DNA from: Wallemia ichthyophaga EXF-994
Lineage: Eukaryota > Fungi > Basidiomycota
Direction: 5' to 3'
Assembly: GCF_000400465.1 (NCBI RefSeq)
Contig: NW_008806284.1
Location: forward strand, 30,001-62,000
DNA length: 32,000 nucleotides
Part shown: positions 20,810 through 32,000 of the stretch, piece after piece
Position numbering within the stretch: the stretch's first letter is position 1
Layout of the letters: each line of letters opens with the position of its first letter
The notes under the pieces: generated by a model
The model's database searches: none
Seen by the model: the letters and a program-made list of their open reading frames with translations, nothing else
What the model was told of the DNA's origin: nothing
Translations under genes and position numbers: made by a program

Positions 20810-23007
20810 TCAAGTGTCTGGCGCGAACTTGGACATGGAGCGCAGCTTACTGATATTGTATTGTTAGTATAGTCCACACCTACGCACATCAACTCACGGT
20901 CCAAATTTGATCAGTCCGAACGGAATAAAAGACAAGAGAATGGCGAGACATCCCAACAACGTCGATGCCCATCTGGGATTGAGGCGTTCGAACATCTGTG
21001 CCGCAAAGAGTGGGAATCCAGCGCCGAAAGCGGATCTGAATGGGATGTGAATGTGAGTAAAGGTGTCCAAAAATGCCCTAAGACAGTCTCAAAAACACTC
21101 CACCCACCTAATAACAGTGTTTGCAGCGAGTGCCGAACCTGCTGACCAAAGATACGTGTCGATAATGTAGTTGAAGAGGGAGAGGAAAACGAAGAGGATA
21201 CCTATTCCTATGAGAGAAGTGGCTATGAGGGGCGACCAGAACGATATGCTGGGGTAGCTAGTCCACCCAAACCAGAAGAAGGCAATGGCGAAGACTATGC
21301 CACCCAATGCGCCAGGGTACAGTCTCATCTCTGGATCAGGCAGCTTAGGGGCGGTTTTTTCGAGTGCCTTGGTGTATCTGAACGACATACCAGTAAGAAA
21401 CAGTTGCCCCACTCGTGTTCTCGCTACTCACTGTGGGTTAAAGTAGAGAATATTGATGGTGCATGCGATGAAACCTCCAATGAACAGCGGCAGGAACATC
21501 AATCCTTGTATGCCCTTATTGAAACCGTGTCCTGGGGCACCATATACGAACGGGAAACTGTTGCAATGAGTTAGTTTGGTGCGTCCAAACGCAAGCCCTA
21601 ACTCACGACTCGAAGAGGAGATAGAGAATACCATAAACGAAGCTCATGAAGAGTGTCAAAGCAGAGAGCATTGGCTCATAAGCGAGGAGAATAAACGGCT
21701 TGAAAATGGTATTGTGGATGGTGCTCTTGAAATCCGTTTTGCGGAGGTCGAGCGGAGATTTGTACCTGTCATCGCCCGTCTCCTTACGCTTCTGCTTGGC
21801 AATGCGTGCTAGGAGGGCAGGAGCGTATGTCTCGGGCAAGACTAATCCCAGGAGAAGAGTGCAGAAGCCGGCGAAAGCAAAGAGAGCCCAAAAGAGTATG
21901 CGCCAGTCAGCGCCCGCTGCAGCTATAAAGCCTGATATGACGGGGGCTATGGCGGGGCCGGCGAAGGGGGCGAGAGCGAAAACAGACATGGCTGGGCACC
22001 GTGTGTTAGTTGATACAATAGGTGTCTTATGCATGCGTACCAATTCCGCGTGCTGTTTTTGTTCAAGTCAGTAAGTTCTCATTTAAACATAACAACTCCA
22101 ACCCACTCTTGGGGTCCCAGAGGTCACTGATGACAGCACCGCAGACAACCAGCGGCGATGCACCTGTGTAGAGGTATATTTCAATAAAAGGGTCATTCAC
22201 TCAGCATCAACACCTACCGAAACAACCTGTAAGGAAACGAAACACAAGAATAGAGCCGGTGTTGGGTGAGAGCGCGCAACCGATAGTAAGTAAGGTATAA
22301 GGAATGAAAGCCATCAGCATGCCATTTTTACGCCCAAGGGTGGTTTCCGAGAGAGGGCCCCAGAGAAGGGGACCGACAGTGTAACCCGCGACGAAGAGAC
22401 TAACGGCGAGAGTAGCGACCTCGCGGGAGAAACCAAACTCGGCCATTAGTTCTTGTGAGATGCCCGACGGTGCACTACTTGAGAAGGTGGAGTTGAGGAC
22501 GAGTAGGCCAGCAATGAAGGTTAGGAGCCAGCGATAATTAGTGTTCCAGTTTTTGGGATTGCGCGTATCACCATCGTCGAACTTGTCGATCATGAATGGA
22601 TCACTCTTCTCCTCCTCAATAACCTCCTCGGCATCCTCGCCAATGTCGCTGTGGCTGCCGCGTTCGACGTCTTTGCCGAATGCGATGTCGGGGGGGAGGA
22701 CTAGGTCAGTGGCGCCGGCTAGCTCAGCCCCGACACTCGGCAATGGCACACTATCCCTGCGTAGCCCCTTCAAGCTGTCATTCGTCGGCGTTGGATAGAG
22801 ACTGCCTGCGGAAGACTTGCGGTTAATGGATCTGTTGCGTTTAATGGAGGATTGTCGTGCGAAGTTGGCGTCTGGCAGGGTAACTGAGTGGTTGATTGGT
22901 GGTTTAGTTGGTGGATGTTGTAGTGGCTGTTGTGGTTGTTGTGGCTGCTCTGGATGCTGTGGTTGCCTTTGCTGCTGCTGCTCTATCTGCTTCTCATTAT
23001 CAACCAT
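20810..23007 (-). CDS. MFS drug:H+ antiporter DHA1 family (Tpo/Flr-like), multi-exon
   Basis: NPKNWNTNYRW, LFVAGYTVGPLLWGPLSE, LVFRFLTG, GPAIAPVISGF, PETYAPALL, EPML, PEMRL, SALAANTVIR|SAFGAGFPLF and WASTLLG motifs; last exon ends ...KFAPDT*. Confidence 0.92.
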
Positions 23008-23321
23008 TCCTAGTTTAAATTGAAATTGAAATTGAGACTGTTATATAAATAGGATGTTGCAGTTACACTCAAAGAACTGCGACCGTCATTTTACCGGATA
23101 TATGTATTGGAGACATGGACCCAATGGCGGGGCCGTAGAGCGTTCTATCGGCGTTGATTGTGGGGATGTGTGGGATGTTTGGGATGTTTATGTGTGTCAA
23201 TTCCATACTGGCACTCCTCCCACTCCTCCCACTTTCGCCGGATTTGATTTGATAAATTGAAATTCTTACGCACGAGAGGTAAGATACGTGCGTAAACAAG
23301 CACCACGACAAGAACCACCAA

Positions 23322-24017
23322 ATGTACCATCTTCTTCGAGGACTCTACACAGAGCTCACACGGCAGACAGAGTACTCGATACTGGTTATTGGTTTGAATG
23401 GCAGTGGCAAGACGACGTTCGTTGAGCATGCTAAAGAGATGTACACAGGCAAGCCACGCTACGAATCTGGTCCAACGATAGGCCAGAATGGTGAGAATAG
23501 ATTTGGTATCTAGATAAACATTATAACACCTCATTCAGTCGTAAAATTACCCGTCAGTAACACTATCCTCCATTTCTGGGATCTCGGTGGTTCATCGGAA
23601 TTTACAAATCTGTGGGATAGGTACTATGGTGACGCACAGGCTGTACTGTTCTTTATAGATGGCACGGACACTCAACGATTGAAAGAAAGTTGGGAGATAT
23701 TCGAGACACTGAAAACACACAGTGATCTACAAGGCATACCAATAGTAGTGTGTGCAACTAAACAGGATAAACAAGGTGCCATGTCTGCAGCTGATATTGA
23801 GAAAAAGTTCATCGACTACTCAAACAATACGCCTAATATACCTTACACCAGTCTAAGCAGCTTGAGTGAGAGGCTGGAGAACAGTCACAGTCATAGCAAT
23901 CAACACAACGACGATAAACGCAATCTAATCCTCAACCTCGTCAACACTGATCAGTCATCGATTAAGAGCGTAATTGATGCTTTGTTTGTGAGAGTACAAA
24001 CGTCTCCGAGGGGTTGA
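23322..24017 (+). CDS. ARL3: Arf-like small GTPase Arl3/ARFRP1 with divergent G motifs; intron 23491-23538
   Basis: N-terminus MYHLLRGLY..EYSILVIGL, PTIGQN|V, WDLGG, LWDRYY and IPIVV motifs. The MY- start fits NatC acetylation, as in the Arl3/ARFRP1 family. Confidence 0.8.
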
Positions 24018-24138
24018 GAGAGGTATGAACACGAATTATGAATACAGGATTTGAACAGTTTTAACGAAATATAAACACAACACGTAAACACAGTTATAAA
24101 CATACATATGATATAAACACACTAAACAATCCCGCAAT

Positions 24139-24710
24139 CTACTTCAACACAGTCTCAGACCTGCGTATTGCCAGAAATTGCTGGACAGACGACGGCTGGA
24201 GTGTCTTGATGACGTCATAAACCTGCATGCTATTATAACGCAGGCGTGTGCGAGGATCCGTGTATTCACCCAAAAGACCAGTGACATCGCAGTATTTGCC
24301 AGGTGGGAGAAGTGAAGGGGGACACTCAATAGTGAACCAATTTGTGAGATTCTCGGGAAGTGAAGAGAGTTGCTGAATCTCATCTTCAGTGGCCTGTACA
24401 AGGCCATTCTTAACATCCTCCAGTCGCTGTCTTCCCTCTTTGAGACCTTCTAACTGCTGCCTCTCGCGCTCCCTCTCGATGGCCATCACCTGCTTGAATA
24501 TCTTGTTACGCTTGGTGTTGCTCCAATTTGGATTCTTGAATGGCCGCGGCGATTCGTAGAAATTGTAATAATCCACCACTTTGTCGGGTGGTTGGGGGGT
24601 GGACGATGTGGACGCAGACGCGGATGATTGGCGTGGTTTCTTGCGTGGTGGCCTAGAGCGTATTATTGTAAGCTATTTCATTGGCTATAATTATGGTTTT
24701 GTAAATACAT
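24139..24710 (-). CDS. IES6: INO80 complex subunit Ies6 (YL1-C domain); ATG probably split by intron 24708-24653
   Basis: RPFKNPNW, IECPPSLLPPGKYCDVTGLLGEYTDPRTRLRY, VQQFLAIR. The only ATG for the upstream open frame is AT|G, giving MPPRKKPR. Confidence 0.85.
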
Positions 24711-24760
24711 TTTATCCTTCTATCCTTCTATCGCGGCGACGGTGACAAAGAAGGAAGAAT

Positions 24761-25280
24761 ATGTGGTGGGTGCCTAATATCAATTAAATCTCACCTCACA
24801 CTCCACACCTAAGCAAACACGTCCTCAACGCACAAGCAGCAATACGCTCTCCATGCTGCAGAAAGTGGTTCGATGTGAGCAGCTTCTATGGTACAATACA
24901 ACTAACTCAAATCACATTAAAGTGCCCAGAATGCCATGAAGAAAAGGAAGACCATCCCCTCGCTAAATCCATTGAATTGTCCTTCATGTGCAAGAAATGC
25001 AAGCGCGCATTTAGGAAGGATATGACTGTATTTGAAGAGAGCGATGAGTATTGCCCTCACTGTGATAATCATTTTGTAGGTGTTCTTAGGATTACTTGTA
25101 GTAACCCTCACTCATCCCTCACACTAGGTCATCGACGCTAAAACACCAGAAGCTGCACTGATGGTCGAAGGTGAAGATGCACGCGTCGATAACAGGATCA
25201 TCAAAGACGAGAGAGCCAAGATCGATCCAGAGAGGACTATCAACGCCCGCAATGCTGAGTTGAGTGATAGAGTTGGATAG
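24761..25280 (+). CDS. Conserved fungal CHY-type zinc-finger protein; introns 24766-24813, 24875-24922, 25076-25127
   Basis: MC|KHVLNAQAAIRSPCCRKWFD|CPECHEEKEDHPL..FMCKKCKRAFRKD..DEYCPHCDNHF|VIDAKTPEAALMVEGEDARVDNR. Confidence 0.85.
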
Positions 25281-25351
25281 TTTGTCGTGTCGTATATCTT
25301 TGGATATTTGTAAATTGTATTATGTATACTCATTCTGCCTCTTTACTCATT

Positions 25352-26293
25352 CTAGTTTATCTCTATAATCATTTGTTTGTCTTCTCCTTGATCTTGTTTG
25401 GATATGTTTGAGTCGCTCGAGTCACTCGAATCGCTCGAATCGCTAGACACACTACTTGTATCACTATCACTATCACTGTCACTGATACTTTCATCAAACT
25501 TCATCACCTCCTTCGTCCTCCACCGCGTCTCTAGCGGCACATCCGACACCATGAGCACTGCAAAATCTATCACTACCGTGCCCCTCAAAGCCTCTATAAT
25601 CTCTTCATCTAGCTGCGTTCGTACATTCTGCCCGTCCTGGCTCTTTATGTAGAAATGGAGAGTGTGGAGGCGATGTTGATCGATATAGCCCGCCTTTTGC
25701 GTGAGGATGTATTCCACACTCATACACTGGGGTATTCCATGCACGACCACCTTCTCACTTTCCTTCTCCTTTACATTCTCACCCAAACTCACCAGACTCA
25801 CCACCTCCACACTCAAATTGAGCTGAGCAGACCGGGCATCCCAGTGCGTGCGATCCCGTCGCCGTCTCTCCATACCGAGCGGACTAAGGAGGAGTTCGAT
25901 GCCCTCGTTTGCGAAGGAGGACTGCATTCTGAGTGCTTTGGCGTGTGGGTGGTGTGGGTGGTGCTGGTGCTGGTTATGAGGATGATGATGTTGTTGCTGC
26001 TGCCCATGAGCCACATGAACCCCTGCTGGTGCCTTTTTCCCTGCCTCCTCCACTTCCCGCTTCGCCTCCTCTAGCAGGGCATAGTCATTTACCAAATCCA
26101 TATGCTTGTAGTCCTTCATCGCTATATATGCCGTCTTGTCCCGCTCTCCGCTGCATCCACGCTCTTCTTTGTGCCTGCGACTGCACGCGAGTGAACAGCT
26201 GCGTAACGTGCATCGCGGACACTTGTATTTCGACACTGCCCCGCATAGCTCACACAAGCTCGTTTGGGAGAAGATGTTGTCTATTTCTGCCAT
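25352..26293 (-). CDS. BCD1: Box C/D snoRNP assembly factor Bcd1 (zf-HIT)
   Basis: CELCGAVSKYKCPRCTLRSCSLACSRRHKEERGCSGERDKTAYI..DLVNDYALLE; GIELLLSPLGMERRRRDRTHWD. Confidence 0.85.
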   Translation of the reverse strand: MAEIDNIFSQTSLCELCGAVSKYKCPRCTLRSCSLACSRRHKEERGCSGERDKTAYIAMKDYKHMDLVNDYALLEEAKREVEEAGKKAPAGVHVAHGQQQQHHHPHNQHQHHPHHPHAKALRMQSSFANEGIELLLSPLGMERRRRDRTHWDARSAQLNLSVEVVSLVSLGENVKEKESEKVVVHGIPQCMSVEYILTQKAGYIDQHRLHTLHFYIKSQDGQNVRTQLDEEIIEALRGTVVIDFAVLMVSDVPLETRWRTKEVMKFDESISDSDSDSDTSSVSSDSSDSSDSSDSNISKQDQGEDKQMIIEIN

Positions 26294-26899
26294 TGTTCGA
26301 TTGTGATGGTGGTGCACCAAGAAGATTACATCACTCTGATAAGATTAAAGTGGAGAGTGTCTTCATGGTGTATATATGTACGATCGTTCACTCAAAAAAA
26401 ACACATTTACTCTAAGATCGAAAATTTTTGCATGATTTCACAATATACTTAAGCCAAACAAGTCAACGGGTTGCCAGAATCGATAGTATACTCGAAGATA
26501 TCAGCATAAGTCCCACAGCTGTCCTCCACCCTTACCGACATCCACTAACATAAACATAAACTTCAAAAAGTGCATCAAGAAGAAATACATACCGAGGATG
26601 AAGGCTGCTGAATGTTTGAGCATGGAAACCTAATTCAACATTTTGCCGTTTATGACATCAATTGCGTCACGGCAAAGCTAGTATCCAGTGAAATAAATCT
26701 TCCACATAGCGCAGTCTGGATTACACCAGAGTTATTCGCCACCAGTCTAATAAGAAATTGCAATTCACTGACTTGCTCAACCATCTTATATGCTAAAGAG
26801 TGCACCAGTATTTAAAGCTTTCAGCCAAATTTCGCTGATTTGAGATCGGGAAGATAAAATACATTGATATACAAATAAAATACACATGGTAGAACCTTT

Positions 26900-28027
<1,128 letters not shown>

Positions 28028-28284
28028 TTCTCCCATTATATTTACCATCGCATCTATTCCTGTATTAGTAGTCTAGCATACAAATAACTTTATATTGATC
28101 ATCTTCCGACCCGTTAGAACTGCTTAAACATTTTCCGCTTTAACCGCGCGCGTAGCACCGAGGAACGGTAATGAATGTTTATTGTATATATCTAACTTGA
28201 TAGGTAAACAACGCACATTCCAATTTAATAATTTCTGCAGGTTTATTTGATTATTCTATCTCTTCTTGCGGTGTTCCGATCGCG

Positions 28285-29517
28285 ATGCCGCTCCAAAAGT
28301 CGTCGCTCACAATAGACCTGCCCAACACGCACAATGTAATAGTACTCAAAGAGCCAGCGTTCCTTTCCAGCAGTCGCGTGCCCAACTACAGTTCGCAGGA
28401 GGTGTATGAGCTGCGCGGTACGCTTGAGCTCTTTCTGCCTGCGCGGCGGCGCATACGAAGCATACAAGTAAAGCTGCAGAATGTCGAAGAGGCAGTAGTC
28501 CACGGTCGCATGAGTCGGCGGTTAGTCCTTGACGAGACGCTCGAAGTGAGCGTGGACGAGGAGGGGCTAGATCGCGGCGTGCATATATACGAGTTCAACC
28601 TTCGCATAGACAGCCGCACGCCCAACTACGACAGACATCCACGCGGCGGGACGATGCAATACCTCGAAGCGACGGTACAGTTTCACGAGCTGTTTTCGCG
28701 CGCCCTCACACGGCGGATCCCACTCATATTCGTCTCACACCCGAATGGGGAGGGCTTCATACCACTCGATCACGTTCACCGTGACTACGTTGATGATCTG
28801 GGACCACTAGAGGTCAGCTTCAAGACGCAGCATCTCACCATTGCTGGGTATATAATGGTCGAGATGTATCTGCCTAGTCCAGCGCCCGCGCTCGAGATTA
28901 AAGGGCTGAGTGTGACCCTGGAGCAGCACACGAGCATTCATGATAACGGTCACCTCGTTGAGACGTTGCCTGTCGATACACACACGTTGCTGGAAAAGGG
29001 CGGGCGGGAGGACTGCTTAATGCGCGCACCCAACCACAGCGCTGCTATTAGATGCTTCTACTACGTCAAACTCCCCACAGACGATTACTGCAGACCATCT
29101 ACACTTGAATGGTCGATGGCCCGGCTGCGCCATCAACATTTCATTAAATTCGATTTGCTCTACAAGAAGGAAAAGCTGCGGTGCGCGAGTGTTAACGTAC
29201 CAGTCATCTTACCACAGTGCCTTCTCTCGGTCGACAGTGTCACCCTGCCCACTTATAGCGACGCCGGCTATCCAGTCCCTTCAAAACGCCTCTGGGATCA
29301 GCCCCTGCCCCAATACTACAACAACTGCAGCTGTGGTAAAGACTCACTTACCCTCAAAGCAGACGCCGAGGGAGTGCAGAATCTTGATAAATTCACCCCA
29401 AAGAAACAGGGCATCTGGCTCACCGATCTGAGACACAAAGAGGAAAGCATATCGTCGAGAGATTCGTATGAGGAGATACGCGCAGCGAAGCGTGTGAATG
29501 AGTATGTAGTGGAGTAA
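28285..29517 (+). CDS. Arrestin-like (alpha-arrestin-type) protein
   Basis: Beta-rich ELRGTLELFLPARRRIRSIQVKL, GVHIYEFNLRI, STLEWSMARLRHQHFIKF, and C-terminal PY-like motif LPTY; single 410-codon ORF. Confidence 0.65.
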   Translation: MPLQKSSLTIDLPNTHNVIVLKEPAFLSSSRVPNYSSQEVYELRGTLELFLPARRRIRSIQVKLQNVEEAVVHGRMSRRLVLDETLEVSVDEEGLDRGVHIYEFNLRIDSRTPNYDRHPRGGTMQYLEATVQFHELFSRALTRRIPLIFVSHPNGEGFIPLDHVHRDYVDDLGPLEVSFKTQHLTIAGYIMVEMYLPSPAPALEIKGLSVTLEQHTSIHDNGHLVETLPVDTHTLLEKGGREDCLMRAPNHSAAIRCFYYVKLPTDDYCRPSTLEWSMARLRHQHFIKFDLLYKKEKLRCASVNVPVILPQCLLSVDSVTLPTYSDAGYPVPSKRLWDQPLPQYYNNCSCGKDSLTLKADAEGVQNLDKFTPKKQGIWLTDLRHKEESISSRDSYEEIRAAKRVNEYVVE

Positions 29518-29694
29518 CAAGTGATCAAGTGATCAACTAATTCAAGGATTTTGTAATTTTTCAACAAAGGATGTATTACTATTTTACAGTTTTTACAGTG
29601 ATTCCGGTGTGTGCTTTGTGTGCAGTGAGTACGCTAGTATGCCAATGAGCCAATGTAATTGTATACTTTACTTTCCTGCGCGCATCCACTCTGC

Positions 29695-30680
29695 TCACAA
29701 CAGCGTCTCACCCAAAGCGGATCTAACGAGCGAGCATCCGACGCTCACAGTCTGCTTTACAGCGCGCTCATCTTCGAGTGTCGGGTTTACTTCCATAAGG
29801 TCAACAGCGACAAGAAGACCAGTCTGATGCAACGCCTCGCAAATATAATGCCCCTCTCTGAAAGTAAGACCACCACGAACCGGTGTACCTGTGCTTGGAG
29901 CCACCGACGGATCCATTGCGTCAACATCGAAGCTTAAATGTACCGGTCTGGTTCCATCAGGATTGACGTCGTTGAGTGCCATTTCGACTACCCTGCCAAT
30001 TCCCCATTTGTCTACATGGTGCATTGAGTACGCGGTGATATTGTGTTCTTTCAGCAGACGCTTTTCGCCATCATCCACATCGCGTAGACCTATATACACG
30101 AGACGTGAAGGGTGCAGCTGCGACTTGATCCAGCTGAATTCGGGTATATCTCCGGCAATGCCGAGCAAGAAAGATAGCTGATAAGTAAGTGGGTTAGTTG
30201 AGACGTCGCACGCATTCCGCACTTATCACTCACTGGACAACCATGCAAATTACCCGTTTCTGTTGTCTCGGGTGTATTCAAGTCGGCATGAGCATCCACC
30301 CACACAACACACAGTTCTGGATGAGCGCTTAAGCTGCCCGAAATGGTCCCCATGGCTAGGCTGTGGTCCCCACCCAGTGTCACAGGAAGCTTGCCTGCTT
30401 GGGCGTGTTTCTTTACCTCCTGGTACACTTTCTCAGTAGCCGCGCTGACTGTTCGTGGATACTTGAGCTTGCCGATGTCCGTATCATTCTCGAGCACGCT
30501 AAATCCGCTATGATCCTCTATGGCGTCGACTGATAGTCCGAGTGTCTCCACCTGCTGCGCGAGGCCGTGCTTTATCAACTGCACAGGCCCAGTCTCCGTG
30601 CCACGCTTAGGCTGTCCGTGACTAAATGGCGCATTAACGAATGCTACTTGTGGTTTTACGAATTTAAAAGGAGTGGACAT
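29695..30680 (-). CDS. CAR1: Arginase; intron 30178-30233
   Basis: LGGDHSLAMGT, VWVDAHADLNTP, GNLHGCP|LSFL, YIGLRDVD, HLSFDVDAMDPSVAPSTGTPVRGGLTFREG, DLMEVNP. Confidence 0.97.
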
Positions 30681-30764
30681 GGCGGTTAGTGATGAACAGG
30701 CGTATCGCGTGTTATCAATGATAAAATAAATTAAAAGTACAAAAGAAGAGCGAGACTAATCAAA

Positions 30765-32000
30765 TCACTCCTCTTCATCATGCTGGTCATCACGCTTGAA
30801 CAGATCGAGCATCTCATTCAATCCAAGCTTGTTAGACACCGCCTTGCCGCTGAGTGCTGCCTCGGCCAGTTCGCGCTTTTTCTTTTGAAGCTCGAGTATA
30901 CGATCTTCTACAGTCTGCACCACCGTTAATTTGTATATATGCACTTCGCGTTTCTGTCCGAGACGGTGGGCTCTGTCGAAAGCTTGGTCTTCGAGCGCAG
31001 GATTCCACCACATGTCAGACAAAATGACGCGCGAACATATATTCAGATTAAGCCCTGTCGATCCGGCTTTGAAGGATATCAGTATGACTGATGGTGTGTT
31101 AGAGAATCAACTTTTGCACTCAAGCATAAGCGTAAGCATATGCCCTAGCATTGGCACTCCCACCTGTTGTCTTATCATCCGACTTTATCTGATTAAGCAC
31201 AGCCTCGCGTTCGATTGGATTCATAGATCCATCGTATCTTACGTACTTGTAGCCAGCTGCTTTGACGAAGCTTTCAATGATATCGAGGAATGTGACGAAT
31301 TGTGAGAATATGATGGTTTTCTCTGGGGTATTCGTGATTTTGTGGCTGCTATTTTTGTCCTTGTGATTCTTGTGATTCTTTTGATCCTTATGACCGCTCT
31401 TGTTGTCCTTCTTTTCAGTGTCCTTTCTCAATTTCGCTTCCTTCCTTTCCTGCTCCCGATCGTCATCACTTTCACTGAGCACAATCTGCTGACTCTTTTT
31501 CTTCAGGATTGATTTCTTGCTTTTACTCTTCTCGCTTTTCTCGTTCTTCTCAACGCGCTTTCTGTCATCGTCATCCGCCTTTTTTATGTCCATCGACGCT
31601 GTACGCTTGATAATTGTGTCAAGATCGTCATTTTCGCTGCTACTGATATCTATAGCTTTAGACGGGAGGCCAGCCGGATCGAGGCGCGTTTGAGGGGTGT
31701 GTGGAGTGTACGAATCTGTCTGTGTCTGTGTCTTCTGTTGTGATCGCCCTTTGGTGTTTGGTTTAATAGCAGTGCTAGTAGAAGCTGCAGCAACATCAGT
31801 AGCGCTATGCACCTCTTCCAAAATACGCATAATAGCTCTAATCTTTGCACTCTCCACCAACCCCGTCGCATCACCCGACTTATCAACTCCACTACTCCCT
31901 ACTACCTTCGCTTTTCCCTTGTCGATCTGTAGATCCTCATCGACATGCTTCTTCTCACCTACACCTAACCCAGTGAAAAGATCCGCGAGCTCATCCGCCT
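30765..32000 (-). CDS. C-terminal part of a SNF2-family ATPase (Rad5/Rad16/Uls1-like), 5' end outside the window; intron 31088-31163
   Basis: SAKIRAIMRIL, KTIIFSQFVTFLDII, RYDGSM, LISFKAGSTGLNLNICSRVILSDMWWNPALEDQAFDRAHRLGQ, LTVVQTVEDRILELQKKK. Confidence 0.9.

Noticed and set aside
22900-22985. Gln/Pro-rich repeat at the MFS N-terminus
   Set aside because: An ordinary low-complexity expansion in a disordered cytosolic N-terminus.
25390-25480. SSD/SD repeats at the Bcd1 C-terminus
   Set aside because: A common acidic low-complexity tail; no evidence for a separate element.

Overview
Gene-dense fungal (basidiomycete) genomic DNA with very short GT-AG introns (about 37-90 nt) and tiny intergenic spaces; this resembles the compact Wallemia-type genomes (inference, not verified). 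About 23 protein-coding genes can be reconstructed by hand, in order: a partial SmB-like C-terminus, a coiled-coil tail-anchored (KASH-like?) protein, a very acidic GPI-type secreted protein, COQ11-like SDR, ArfGAP, SEC1, PAT1, a bacterial-type Fe-S L-serine dehydratase with a mitochondrial-looking presequence, RPL11, TAF9, a LAMTOR1/Meh1-like protein, ADE1, a PQ-loop protein, a DHA1 MFS transporter, ARL3/ARFRP1, IES6, a CHY zinc-finger protein, BCD1, a divergent H3/H4 pair, an arrestin-like protein, arginase and a partial SNF2 helicase. No tRNA, rRNA, transposon or CRISPR could be supported. Highlights: three head-to-head gene pairs whose start codons are only 17, 38 and 50 bp apart; an ARL3 orthologue with altered G1/G3/G4 motifs, including loss of the catalytic Gln; a start codon apparently split by an intron; the Fe-S serine dehydratase; a repeated histone-promoter motif; and two AT-rich stretches (about 10.95-13.4 kb and 16.95-18.1 kb) with exon-like fragments that I could not assemble into intact genes. 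All family calls come from recognising motifs by eye; no database search was run.
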